A program made the translations under genes and the position numbers. The notes below the pieces were generated by a model. It made no database searches. It saw only the letters and a program-made list of their open reading frames with translations, and had not been told where the DNA came from. This document shows, piece after piece, positions 41,645 through 51,077 of a DNA stretch of 64,000 nt. Each line of letters opens with the position of its first letter. Position 1 is the stretch's first letter. The stretch is from Gemmatimonas sp. (lineage in GTDB: Bacteria > Gemmatimonadota > Gemmatimonadetes > Gemmatimonadales > Gemmatimonadaceae): assembly GCA_031414535.1 (NCBI GenBank), contig JANNVQ010000014.1:1-64000 (forward strand), written 5' to 3'.

Positions 41645-43162
41645 ATGAAGCTGCTGCTCGCCGCACTACTTCTCCTGCCTGCCGCGCTCTCCTCGCAAGC
41701 GCAGAACACCCCAAGAGTCCCACGCGCAATTCGCGAGATTCGCGAGGCCGACCTTCGGCGGGACCTCTTCGCGATGGCCTCCCCCGCGATGCGCGGTCGC
41801 GAGGGCGGCACTATCGACGAAATGGTGGCGTCCATCTGGATCGCCGAGCAATACGCAAAGATTGGACTCGAGCCCGCGGGCGAGAACGGCACTTGGTTCC
41901 AGTGGTTCAACATCGTGCGGACTCGAGTGTCTATTGAAGCGAGCCGCGCAAGCATTGGTGGACAGTCGCTCGCCATATTCGGACAGGTCATTCCTTGGAG
42001 CGTGGCCCCCATTGAGGCGAGTGGTGCGGTGCTATGGATCGCCGATCCCTCGGATACCACGCTCGACATTCGCGGGCGGATTGTTGCGACAATGGTGATG
42101 CCGCCAGCTCCCGGCTCTGTGCGCTCGACCAGCTATCCAACAAACGTACGGACCACGCAGTCCGCGGTGGGCGGAACGATTGCGCGCCTCGCTCGCCGCG
42201 GTGCCGCAGCGGTGATTCTTGTGGCTGATGCGCAAGCGGATGCGACCTTCGATGCGATGAGCGTGATGCAGGCGCGCGGGGCTTATGATGTCGATCGCGC
42301 CATCCCGCGTGCCGCTGGTGGATCGGAACGTGTGGCACCAGTGCCCGCGCTGGGCGCAGGCCCCACACCAGCGCTGCTCGTGCGCGCCTCGATGGCTACC
42401 GCATTGCGTCAGGGCGCATCGGCGGATCTCTCAATCCGACTCGAGCGCTTCGAGGTACCATCAGTCAATGTGATTGGCAAGCTGCGTGGCACCGACCCCG
42501 TGCTGCGCGATGAGTATGTGCTTTACTCCTCGCACCAAGACGCGAATGGCGTGCGTCTCCTCACACCGGGCGACTCCGTACTCGCTGGCGCGGACGATAA
42601 CGCGTCAGTGAGCGTCGCCGAGTTGGCGGCGGCGCGCGCCTTCGTGGCAGAGCGCCCCAAGCGTTCGCTGCTCTTCATTAATCACGGGGCAGAGGAACGT
42701 GGCCTGCTTGGCTCGCGGTATCACGCCGCGCATCCTGTGGTGCCAATTTCGCAGATCGTCACCGTGCTCAACGGCGACATGATTGGCCGTAACAGTCCTG
42801 ACAGCGCGGCCCTGCTCGGCTCGCAGCCGCCCCATCGTGGATCTGCGGAGTTAGTGCAGATGGCTCTTCTCGCCAACGCCAACACAGGCAAGTTTTTGCT
42901 GGACTCGCTCTGGGACCGCCCATCGCATCCTGAGGGCTGGTACTTCCGCAGCGATCATCTCCCTTATGCGCGCGTTGGCATCCCGTCGTTGATGTACACG
43001 ACCAATCTGCACGATGACTATCACACCGCGGGCGACACGCCTGAGCGGATTGATTACCCGAAGCTCACGCGTATGGCGCAGTGGATGTACCTCACGGGAT
43101 GGTACGTGGCGAATGCGCCGAAGCGGCCGGCGGTAGATGCGGGATGGAGATTGGAGAGGTGA
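41645..43162 (+). CDS. M28-family exported peptidase
   Basis: SHQD, GADDNAS, GAEERGLLGS, NGDMIGR, RSDH, YHTAGD. Confidence 0.9.
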   Translation: MKLLLAALLLLPAALSSQAQNTPRVPRAIREIREADLRRDLFAMASPAMRGREGGTIDEMVASIWIAEQYAKIGLEPAGENGTWFQWFNIVRTRVSIEASRASIGGQSLAIFGQVIPWSVAPIEASGAVLWIADPSDTTLDIRGRIVATMVMPPAPGSVRSTSYPTNVRTTQSAVGGTIARLARRGAAAVILVADAQADATFDAMSVMQARGAYDVDRAIPRAAGGSERVAPVPALGAGPTPALLVRASMATALRQGASADLSIRLERFEVPSVNVIGKLRGTDPVLRDEYVLYSSHQDANGVRLLTPGDSVLAGADDNASVSVAELAAARAFVAERPKRSLLFINHGAEERGLLGSRYHAAHPVVPISQIVTVLNGDMIGRNSPDSAALLGSQPPHRGSAELVQMALLANANTGKFLLDSLWDRPSHPEGWYFRSDHLPYARVGIPSLMYTTNLHDDYHTAGDTPERIDYPKLTRMAQWMYLTGWYVANAPKRPAVDAGWRLER

Positions 43163-44475
43163 AGCGCAGAGACTTCGTGAGTGCAGCGGCCGCCATCGCC
43201 GCCGCTCCACTCCTTTCGCCAAAAGGCGTCGGTGCGGTGCGAGGACGCGCGCCACTGAAGGCCAACGGCGCGCGCCTTAATGGTTGGCTTGCGCAGTTCG
43301 ATCAGATCGGGCGCACCGCCACGGGCATCAACCGCGTAGCCTACTCCGATGCTGACCTCGCGGGACGTGCCTTCACGCTTGATCTCTACCGCGCGGCCGG
43401 CCTCGCGCCGCGGATTGATGCCGCAGGAAACATTATCGCGCGGCTCGAGGGCAGCGACCCTGCCGCGCTACCCATCGTGATTGGTTCGCACATCGACTCC
43501 GTCACGGATGGGGGAAATTACGACGGTCCCCTCGGGAGTTTCGGCGCGATTGAGGTCGCGCGGTCGCTGCAGGAGCAGCGCGTTCGGCTACGTCATCCCT
43601 TGGAAGTGGTGGTGTGGTCCTGCGAGGAAGGCGGACTCGTGGGCAGCAAGCTCGCGATCGAAGATGCCGGCTCTATGTCACTCGATTCCATTGCGCGATC
43701 CGGCGTCACGATTCGGGAAGGCATCGCGCGTGTAGGCGGTGATGTGTCGCGTCTTGAGGAATCATTGCGCAAGCGCGGCAGTGCCAAGTGCTACATCGAG
43801 CTACACATCGAGCAGGGTGGATTGCTTGACCGTGCGGGACTGCGAGTCGGCGTCGTACAGGGCATCGTGGGACTTCGATTCCTCGACGTGACGATTGAAG
43901 GCATGGGCAACCACGCCGGCAGCACGCCGATGGATCAGCGGCAGGATGCGGTGCTGGCCGCAGCAAAGTTCACTGTCGCGGTCAATGATGCGGCACGCGG
44001 GATGCCGGGGCGTCAGGTGGCGACGGTGGGACGGGTTGTGCCATCGCCCAACACACGCAATGTGATTGCAGGGCGCGTGGACCTCACGGTGGACTTTCGA
44101 GACCTCAATCCCGCGACGCTCGACGCGCTGTTCGTCACCCTCGAGCGACAAGCCGCGGAGATTGCGACGGCCACCAACACGCGCTTTTCGATTCGGACGA
44201 CGCAGCGCAGTGAACCGGCGCTCGCGGACGCGCGGATGATGGACGTGATTGCGTCGAGCGCGAGCGCGCTTGGCCTCTCGTCCCAGCGAATGCCGAGCGG
44301 GGCTGGGCACGATGCGCAGTCTATGGCCCGCATTGCGCCGATGGCGATGATCTTTGTGCCGAGTGTTGGCGGCATCAGCCACGCGCCGCAGGAGTTCACC
44401 AAGCCGGAGGACTGCGCCAACGGCGCGGACATGCTCCTCAATGCGGTGGTCGCTGTAGACGCGCTCCCAAGCTGA
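43159..44475 (+). CDS. Tat-exported M20 Zn hydrolase (N-carbamoylase/allantoate amidohydrolase family)
   Basis: KRRDF signal; GSHIDSV..GGNYDG, EEG, ELHIEQG, SGAGHDA. Confidence 0.9.
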   Translation: MKRRDFVSAAAAIAAAPLLSPKGVGAVRGRAPLKANGARLNGWLAQFDQIGRTATGINRVAYSDADLAGRAFTLDLYRAAGLAPRIDAAGNIIARLEGSDPAALPIVIGSHIDSVTDGGNYDGPLGSFGAIEVARSLQEQRVRLRHPLEVVVWSCEEGGLVGSKLAIEDAGSMSLDSIARSGVTIREGIARVGGDVSRLEESLRKRGSAKCYIELHIEQGGLLDRAGLRVGVVQGIVGLRFLDVTIEGMGNHAGSTPMDQRQDAVLAAAKFTVAVNDAARGMPGRQVATVGRVVPSPNTRNVIAGRVDLTVDFRDLNPATLDALFVTLERQAAEIATATNTRFSIRTTQRSEPALADARMMDVIASSASALGLSSQRMPSGAGHDAQSMARIAPMAMIFVPSVGGISHAPQEFTKPEDCANGADMLLNAVVAVDALPS

Positions 44476-44496
44476 GCTCGCGTCGCGACCGGATAC

Positions 44497-44539
44497 GGAA
44501 ACGCCGCCGCGGTGCGTATTGCACTGCGGCGGCGTTTCC
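44497..44539. terminator. Strong hairpin between convergent genes, probable bidirectional terminator
   Basis: GGAAACGCCGCCGCGGTGC-GTATT-GCACTGCGGCGGCGTTTCC. Confidence 0.8.
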
Positions 44540-44556
44540 CTGAATCCCGAGGAGGA

Positions 44557-46017
44557 TTACTGGACAGCTCTCCAGGCGTTCACATAGCCCGCACCGTAAA
44601 ACTCGTCGTTACCAGGCTTGCCGAGATCGAGCGACGCCTGCTCGATTCGTGTGCGAATCTGCGAGGGATGCATCGGCCCGCCGTTGCGGTGGATGATGAG
44701 CGCCGCGATTCCGGCCACTGCCGGCGATGACATAGAGGTGCCCTGCGCCCAACCGTAGCTGCCAATGGAGGCTCCCGCACCTCGCACCGTGCTAAACACC
44801 ATATCGAAAACAAAGCACTGACGCGTGATGGTTACGGTGAGGTGCGTCTTCGTGCAGCTGCTCCCGATGCCCTCGACCGCTATCAGACCCGCAGATCCGC
44901 CAGGCCCAGCGACCGTGGTGAGCGATTTCCCGTAATCGGTGAAATAGGAGGGATCTGAGAAGTTGGTGGCGTTACGGAAGAGCCAGCCGGTGGGGCCGGT
45001 TGACGACACCGCCATCACATGCGCGTTCTGCGCCGGAGACTTGAAGAGTTGATTCTCGACGTCATAGTTGGTGGCACCGTTCCCGTTGGAAGCGATAACG
45101 GTGACGCCCTGCTGGTAGGCGTACGTGGTCGCGCGGTCAACGGCCATCTTGAGCTCACGGATCGCACTCTTGATTGCTGGATCCTTCTGGTCCAAGGTTG
45201 CGCCGAGGCTCATGTTGATCACGTGCGCGCCCGCGCCACCTGCAGCGATCGGAGTCGCGGCGTACACGATTCCATTGATGATGGAGCTGAACGGGCCGCT
45301 GCCGTTGTGGAGGACCTTCACGCCGATGATGGTCGCCTCGGGAGCGATACCAATCGTACCGATGCCGTTCGCCGAAGCGGCGATGATGCCGGCAACGTGC
45401 GTCCCATGCCAGAAGGTGCCGACATCGGAGTTCCAAGTCCCGGTGATGAAGGACGTCGAACGCGCTACGTCAATACGCCCCTGGAGATCGATATGCGCGC
45501 CGTGGATGCCGCCATCGAGCACGGCCACGCGTGCGCCCTGACCGGTGATGCCTTGGGCCCAAGCGGCTGGAGCATCAAGTGATTGCGGCGCCCACTGGAA
45601 TCCGTAAAAGCTCTCAGTATTTGGATTGAAGCTATGTGCGTCAGACTTGACGGCCTCTGCTTCGAGGCCTTCGACAATGACCTCTGGCTGTTTGATCCAC
45701 TGAACATTCAGGTCCGGTGCCACACTCTCTGCCCAGCCAAACCTGCTCGCTGCCGCAGCGAACCTCTCTCCCCCCTCCACCACCACGATACCGACGTGCG
45801 GAATGACGCTGACAATGGTGCCACCGGCAGCGGAGATCTCCTCGGCGAGGTTTGCGGGGAGCCGATTCTGCTTGCCGAGCACGAGATACTGCGGCGTAAT
45901 GGAGTAACTGGATACGCTGCCGCCTCGTGTCGCTTCCGTGGTAAGCGGAAGATCTGGCGAACATGCTGCGACACCGAGCGCAGCGAGAATCACCCAAGAA
46001 GTGTGTTTCATTCCCAT
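44557..46017 (-). CDS. S8 subtilisin-like serine peptidase lipoprotein
   Basis: Lipobox VAAC; triad VLDGG, HGTHVAG, GTSMSSP. Confidence 0.93.
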   Translation of the reverse strand: MGMKHTSWVILAALGVAACSPDLPLTTEATRGGSVSSYSITPQYLVLGKQNRLPANLAEEISAAGGTIVSVIPHVGIVVVEGGERFAAAASRFGWAESVAPDLNVQWIKQPEVIVEGLEAEAVKSDAHSFNPNTESFYGFQWAPQSLDAPAAWAQGITGQGARVAVLDGGIHGAHIDLQGRIDVARSTSFITGTWNSDVGTFWHGTHVAGIIAASANGIGTIGIAPEATIIGVKVLHNGSGPFSSIINGIVYAATPIAAGGAGAHVINMSLGATLDQKDPAIKSAIRELKMAVDRATTYAYQQGVTVIASNGNGATNYDVENQLFKSPAQNAHVMAVSSTGPTGWLFRNATNFSDPSYFTDYGKSLTTVAGPGGSAGLIAVEGIGSSCTKTHLTVTITRQCFVFDMVFSTVRGAGASIGSYGWAQGTSMSSPAVAGIAALIIHRNGGPMHPSQIRTRIEQASLDLGKPGNDEFYGAGYVNAWRAVQ

Positions 46018-46135
46018 TGTCTTCTCCGAACAAGCAGGGGTGGGTTGGCGAAACTGGCTTGGCGAACCTTTTTAAAGTACGGGTTCGGACGGAACCGTCA
46101 ATAACAACTTCCGCCTCGGCCTAGGTCAATCACTC

Positions 46136-48430
46136 TCATCGAATGAACTTCATCCTCCGAACAATCGCCTCAAAGCGCGGTGATCCTCGAAGCGGGTCCC
46201 AGAGGGCAAAGGTGTTTAGGAGGACCATGTCCCCATCGCGTCCGGCCTGGGCAATCTCAAGTTGATCAATGGCGCCATCCAAGTCCCCGAGTCCCACGAG
46301 GACCGCTGCGATGGCGCTGGGAGGCACATACACGCGGCGATGGAGTGCCACGAGTTCGTTGAGAACGGCGAGCGCCTTCACGGTATCCCCAGCGTGCGCA
46401 TACGCGTGGGCAAGAAATCCTTGTCGACGCGCGTCAGCGGGACCAGCGAGCTCGGACGCGCGCTGCGCCGCCCGCAACGCCTCCGCGGGGCGATTCAAAC
46501 TGTAGTAGGCCCAATGAAGGCGATCCCACGCGAACATAAACGTTGAGTCGGCGGCAATCGCTTGCTGCGCCTTCTCCACCGCGGCATTCTGCCGACCGGC
46601 TAGAGAGAGAATCATTGCGGTGCGCTGGATGGCCTGCGGAGAGCGGGGCGCCAGCAGCTCGGATCGCCGAGCGTGCGACAAGGCCTCGTCGAACCGGCTG
46701 AGTGTAGCGAGGAACCACGCGTAATCCGCATGCACTTCGGGCCTGCGGTCGTCGATGCCAAGCGCCACACGGTACAGCGAGTCGGCTTGCTGCCAGTCCC
46801 AATCGTGGTGCGCCACGGCGTATGCGAGTTCAGCGTACGCGGGGGCAAGACCGGGGTCGAGTGCAATCGCGAGTCGCGCAGCTCTCTCTGCGCGACCGAA
46901 CGCGGAGTCCGGTGCGATTGTATCCACAAATGCGAGGACGTTGTTGCAGTGGGCCGCGAGGAGTTGTGCCTCCGCGAACGCTGGCGCCATGGCTAAGGCG
47001 CGGGCGGCGTTCTCCACGCAGGCGCGCAAATCATCGCGCCGCCGCCTGCTCGCGTGGTACTCCGCGCGCAACCATGCATCGTATGCCGCGGGGTTCAATG
47101 CTCGCGCGGCCTCCAAACGCTGGTTGTAGCGGGAAGTGACGCGCATGCGTAGCTCGCGAAATATTGCCGTGGCCACTTCCACCGGCAGCGCCGGCACCTC
47201 GCGACGGTGACGATCGTAGCGCCCGGTCCAGAGAACGGATGCCGGTTTGCCGCGGAGGAGTTCAACGTACAGGTGTACGGAGTCGCCGTCTTGCAGCAGT
47301 TCCGTTGTCACGATTGCGTCTGCTGGGATATCGAGCTCTGCTGGCGCGCGTTTTCGGCCCGTTCCTTCAATGGAGCGCAAGCTTGCGCGAGGCAGCACTT
47401 GAAGGTCGGCACTCTGCGCTAATTCTCCGATGAGTGCGCTATGGAGCCCTTCGGCGACGTACACGTCGGCGGGCGAATCGCTCCGCTCCACCAGTGGCAG
47501 CACAGCCACCGTGACCGCGCCTTGTGGAGTGAGGAATCTGCTACGCCCCACGAGTGCAATCACGCCGAGCCCAAGGAGCGCAAAGACCGCAACCGCTGTG
47601 CGACGTGTTCGATCGGGCATCGAGCCACCGGGCGGACTGGATCTCGATGAACTCGGCGCGCGGGCGCCTGCGTCTTGCGGCTGAACTGCTACGCGATTGG
47701 GCGCCGCGTTGCGGGCGGCGAAGATGTTGCGCAGCACGGCTTCAGTCGCCGCCGCTGGTTGCACATCGTAGTCCCGCCGGAGCCGAGTACCCAGGTCCTC
47801 GAAGAGAGACATCGCGCCCGCAACATCTCCCTCGGCGATTAAGCCGGCCATAATCCGCTGGAGGGCAGACTCGTTTAGCGGATCGAGTTCCAGTCCCCGG
47901 CGCGCGGCGTTCTCCGCGGCTTTCGTTTGGCCCGCGGACAGAGCCGCCGCCGCGGCAGACCACGCGGCAGTGGCGGCGCGGCGTTGAAGGCTCGCACGTT
48001 CGTCTTCAAGCCAGCGTTCGAAGCCGCCTGCCTCTACGAGCGCGAAGCCCGGGAGCAACTCACCGGCATACAGCGTCACCGCGTCGGACCAACGTCCCTC
48101 GGCGATCGCGGCATTCAGCGCGGTAATGTCTGAATCGACCTGTCCGATAGCAAGTCGGATATCCTCGGCACCGCGAGTCTCAATCACCTCGGCGCCAATT
48201 GCATGTCGCAATCGGTAAAGCGCCTGACTTAGGGCGTGCCGGGCCGAGGCTTCGCCGCTCTCAGGCCAAAAGAGGGGAAGGAGCGTGGCCCGCCGAATGA
48301 AGTCAGCGGGCGGGACGCAGGCAAGGAAGGTGAGAATTCCGACAATCTTGGGTTGACTCAGGACACCTGGAATCTCCCGACCCTGAGGATCGGTTAGCGC
48401 CAAGTGGCCCAACAACCGCACGCGAATCAC
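46136..48430 (-). CDS. SARP-like wHTH-BTAD regulator with TM helix, TolB-like and TPR domains
   Basis: LFWPES..ARHALSQALYRLR, FERWLEDER, LDPLNE, central TM, AVLPL, TPRs, WDPLRGSPRF. Confidence 0.88.
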   Translation of the reverse strand: MIRVRLLGHLALTDPQGREIPGVLSQPKIVGILTFLACVPPADFIRRATLLPLFWPESGEASARHALSQALYRLRHAIGAEVIETRGAEDIRLAIGQVDSDITALNAAIAEGRWSDAVTLYAGELLPGFALVEAGGFERWLEDERASLQRRAATAAWSAAAAALSAGQTKAAENAARRGLELDPLNESALQRIMAGLIAEGDVAGAMSLFEDLGTRLRRDYDVQPAAATEAVLRNIFAARNAAPNRVAVQPQDAGARAPSSSRSSPPGGSMPDRTRRTAVAVFALLGLGVIALVGRSRFLTPQGAVTVAVLPLVERSDSPADVYVAEGLHSALIGELAQSADLQVLPRASLRSIEGTGRKRAPAELDIPADAIVTTELLQDGDSVHLYVELLRGKPASVLWTGRYDRHRREVPALPVEVATAIFRELRMRVTSRYNQRLEAARALNPAAYDAWLRAEYHASRRRRDDLRACVENAARALAMAPAFAEAQLLAAHCNNVLAFVDTIAPDSAFGRAERAARLAIALDPGLAPAYAELAYAVAHHDWDWQQADSLYRVALGIDDRRPEVHADYAWFLATLSRFDEALSHARRSELLAPRSPQAIQRTAMILSLAGRQNAAVEKAQQAIAADSTFMFAWDRLHWAYYSLNRPAEALRAAQRASELAGPADARRQGFLAHAYAHAGDTVKALAVLNELVALHRRVYVPPSAIAAVLVGLGDLDGAIDQLEIAQAGRDGDMVLLNTFALWDPLRGSPRFEAIVRRMKFIR

Positions 48431-48533
48431 TCAAACCTCGACCGGTCGGAAGCTGCACTTCCAAACTGTGCTTCTCAGAGATGGGCCAGAACCCTCGAGG
48501 TGTCAAGCAATTCGCCCTAGGGCAATTACTCGG

Positions 48534-48562
48534 CGTGAGCATCCCGTGAAACGGCGGTGATG
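48534..48562 (+). promoter_or_regulatory. Three heptamer direct repeats with 4-nt spacers (SARP/BTAD-type site)
   Basis: CGTGAGC-atcc-CGTGAAA-cggc-GGTGATG; GTGA at 48535, 48546 and 48557. Confidence 0.55.
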
Positions 48563-48672
48563 CCGGCTCGGCATCGTGGCCGCGCCGCTTGGCGAGGTGG
48601 GCGGCGCTCGGGTCTCGCGTGCCAACAGTTCCGTTCGCGCGCCAGGCTTGGGCTCTCTGACGGGAGAGAACC

Positions 48673-49194
48673 ATGATATCGAAGTCGGTTATCGGCGTAA
48701 TCGCTCCGGCCCTGTGTCTTGGCGCGTGCGCATCAATGAGCCCCATGAACCAGTCGGCGTTCTCAGGCGCTACGATTGCGGCAGAAGTGGCGGAGATCGC
48801 ATCTGGTCGCGGAATGTTCGACGTAGAAGGTGACTGGTACCTCAACTGCATCGACGAGATGGTGCAAGAGTCGTTTCACGCGCCTTTCTCATATCGACTG
48901 TATGTGAACGACAAGGGCGATGCTACGTATCTCGAGCGATTCGATGTCGGGACCGCGAGAGGTACACTCGTGGGACGCACCAGTGGTCATACGTGGCGAC
49001 ACACGCGTGTGGCGTCGCCGCTGGTTACACGGAATGGTGCCGGTGGGACCACCCAGTACACCTTCCGATCCACGCTCGTAAGCGAGACGGGGCCCACGCT
49101 GGAGCTGTGGAGCGAGTTCCACGCCAGTCGGGACGCTGATGGCGAGTCCCGGATAGCGTCACTGCGGGCGCACTGCGTCCACTCAGAGCGTTGA
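48673..49194 (+). CDS. Hypothetical lipoprotein
   Basis: GGGAGAG RBS, lipobox LGAC, beta-rich mature part. Confidence 0.7.
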   Translation: MISKSVIGVIAPALCLGACASMSPMNQSAFSGATIAAEVAEIASGRGMFDVEGDWYLNCIDEMVQESFHAPFSYRLYVNDKGDATYLERFDVGTARGTLVGRTSGHTWRHTRVASPLVTRNGAGGTTQYTFRSTLVSETGPTLELWSEFHASRDADGESRIASLRAHCVHSER

Positions 49195-49478
49195 CGCCCT
49201 GCTCGGGACTCAACACGACTTTTGTGCAACCATTCTGCCGTGCCGAGCAGGAGTAGATGGGTGATTGAGGTGCGCCAGTTCAGCTGCCGCGTGCTAGCTG
49301 CGGCGTTCTGCTCCGGTTGCGCCATGACGTACATGCGCGAGCAGTCCATCTCGGCGTTGCCTAGTCCAATCAGAAGAGAATTGGGTATGTCCTACCGTAA
49401 CTCCGCCGCCGCTCTCGAGACAGATCGACGACGGTCCAGCTAGAAAAGTCTTTGCGAACGCAGGCTGCTGGGTCATCG

Positions 49479-50918
49479 CTAAGGCACAGGGCGCCGCAGT
49501 TGCACCACGCCCTGCTCCGCAATCATCCGCTGCACATCCGCAACGCTGGTGGGCACAAACCCGCTGAGATTCTCCACCCCGTCCGCCGTGACCAGCGCCA
49601 TATCCTCAATACGGATATACAGCCGCTCCTCGGGAATCCAGATCATCGGGTCAATCGTAAACACCATCCCCGCTCTAAGCGGTACACCGCGTACTCGGCC
49701 CACATCATGCACCGCCATGCCTACGGGATGCTGAAAGTGTCCGCGGAACTCTATGCCTTGCTGCACAGCGCGCAGATGCGTTGGCGAGGCGAAGGTCTTC
49801 CCCACGAGATACTGGCGCATATCTGCCGCGGCGCGGTCGAGCACTTCCTCGGAAGTGACACCCGGCTTGATGTATTTGAACAAGGCGTCGCGGTATGCGA
49901 TGATGTATTCGTAGAGAGCGGTCTGTGCTGGCGTGAATCGCCCGTTCACCGGCCAGATGCGCGTCACGTCGCTCGTGTAGTAGCGGTAGTCGGGCGCATA
50001 GTCCATGAGGACGAGATCACCGTCACGCAGTGGGTCGGCCTTACGGAAGTAGTGGCCCATAAACGCATTCGTGCCGCCTGCGATGATTGAGGCATAGCCA
50101 TCACCGCGCGCGCCATTCAGGTAGAACACGTACTTGGCCGCCGCATCGAGCTGGTATTCGTACACGCCGGCAGCCGTAGAGCGCATGGCCTCCATGATAC
50201 CGAGCCCCGCCAACTGCGTCGCGCGGCGAATGAGCGCAATCTCAGCTGGACTCTTGATGACCCGCATAGAGTCGAGCGCCGGCGAGAGATCGCGGATCTC
50301 AAATTGTGGGAAGCGCTCCCTCACCAGGCTCACAAAGTGAGCCTCACGCGTGGCACGGCCATCCCAGGGGTCGCTCACACCGCGCGCGTGCGCAGCAAGT
50401 AGCTCGTCACGACTATCGTTGCCCGTCTCCATAGGCGCGAGTGGCGTGTACAATGCCATCGCGGGTGGACGGAGCAGGTCGGCGCCATTGAGATCGAGCG
50501 AGAGGTTCTCTAACGCGCGCACGCGATTGACACCGGTGAGCTGCATGAGCACAACGCTATCCTCGACGGAGAGCACCTTACCCTCGCCTTGTTCGCGTCC
50601 TTCATCGCGGTGCGGCAGGTACAGGGTGGTCGTGCGGCTCCGGCCATTGAGCAACAGGTACGCGTGCGCTGACTCCACACCGCTCAGGTAGTAGAACTCG
50701 TTGGACTGCCTGAACACGCTAAACCCAGGCACGCCGCTGGCGCCCTGGATGACGGCGATGCCCTGGCGGCCGATGGCGTCGTAGACCTGAGTGCGACGTG
50801 CGGAGAACTCCTCTTTGGAGAAGTCCACCTGATAGTTGTGTAAGGCCTGCGCACTGCCGACAGACGGCAGGATGAACAGCAGGCAGGCGGCGAGGTAGCG
50901 CGACTTGAAGAGAGGCAT
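49479..50918 (-). CDS. Exported Xaa-Pro aminopeptidase (M24)
   Basis: FRQSNEFYYLSGV, RVIKSPAEI, DVTRIWP, HPVGMAVHD, IRIED. Confidence 0.9.
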   Translation of the reverse strand: MPLFKSRYLAACLLFILPSVGSAQALHNYQVDFSKEEFSARRTQVYDAIGRQGIAVIQGASGVPGFSVFRQSNEFYYLSGVESAHAYLLLNGRSRTTTLYLPHRDEGREQGEGKVLSVEDSVVLMQLTGVNRVRALENLSLDLNGADLLRPPAMALYTPLAPMETGNDSRDELLAAHARGVSDPWDGRATREAHFVSLVRERFPQFEIRDLSPALDSMRVIKSPAEIALIRRATQLAGLGIMEAMRSTAAGVYEYQLDAAAKYVFYLNGARGDGYASIIAGGTNAFMGHYFRKADPLRDGDLVLMDYAPDYRYYTSDVTRIWPVNGRFTPAQTALYEYIIAYRDALFKYIKPGVTSEEVLDRAAADMRQYLVGKTFASPTHLRAVQQGIEFRGHFQHPVGMAVHDVGRVRGVPLRAGMVFTIDPMIWIPEERLYIRIEDMALVTADGVENLSGFVPTSVADVQRMIAEQGVVQLRRPVP

Positions 50919-51077
50919 AGGTCCCGCGAATGTACGACCCCAGTGGCCGCGGCGTCCACCTGTGGGGTTCGGTCCGCACCGAGCGTGCGACGGCCCTAGG
51001 GCAGGCGCTGCGGTCCTCTGGCAGGTCTGGGAAAGAGACCGCATACTGGCGCATACTCTCTTTGCGGAGCATGCTCG

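Noticed and set aside
49195..49478. Possible small gene or ncRNA between convergent genes
   Set aside because: No recognisable motif, RBS or stable structure
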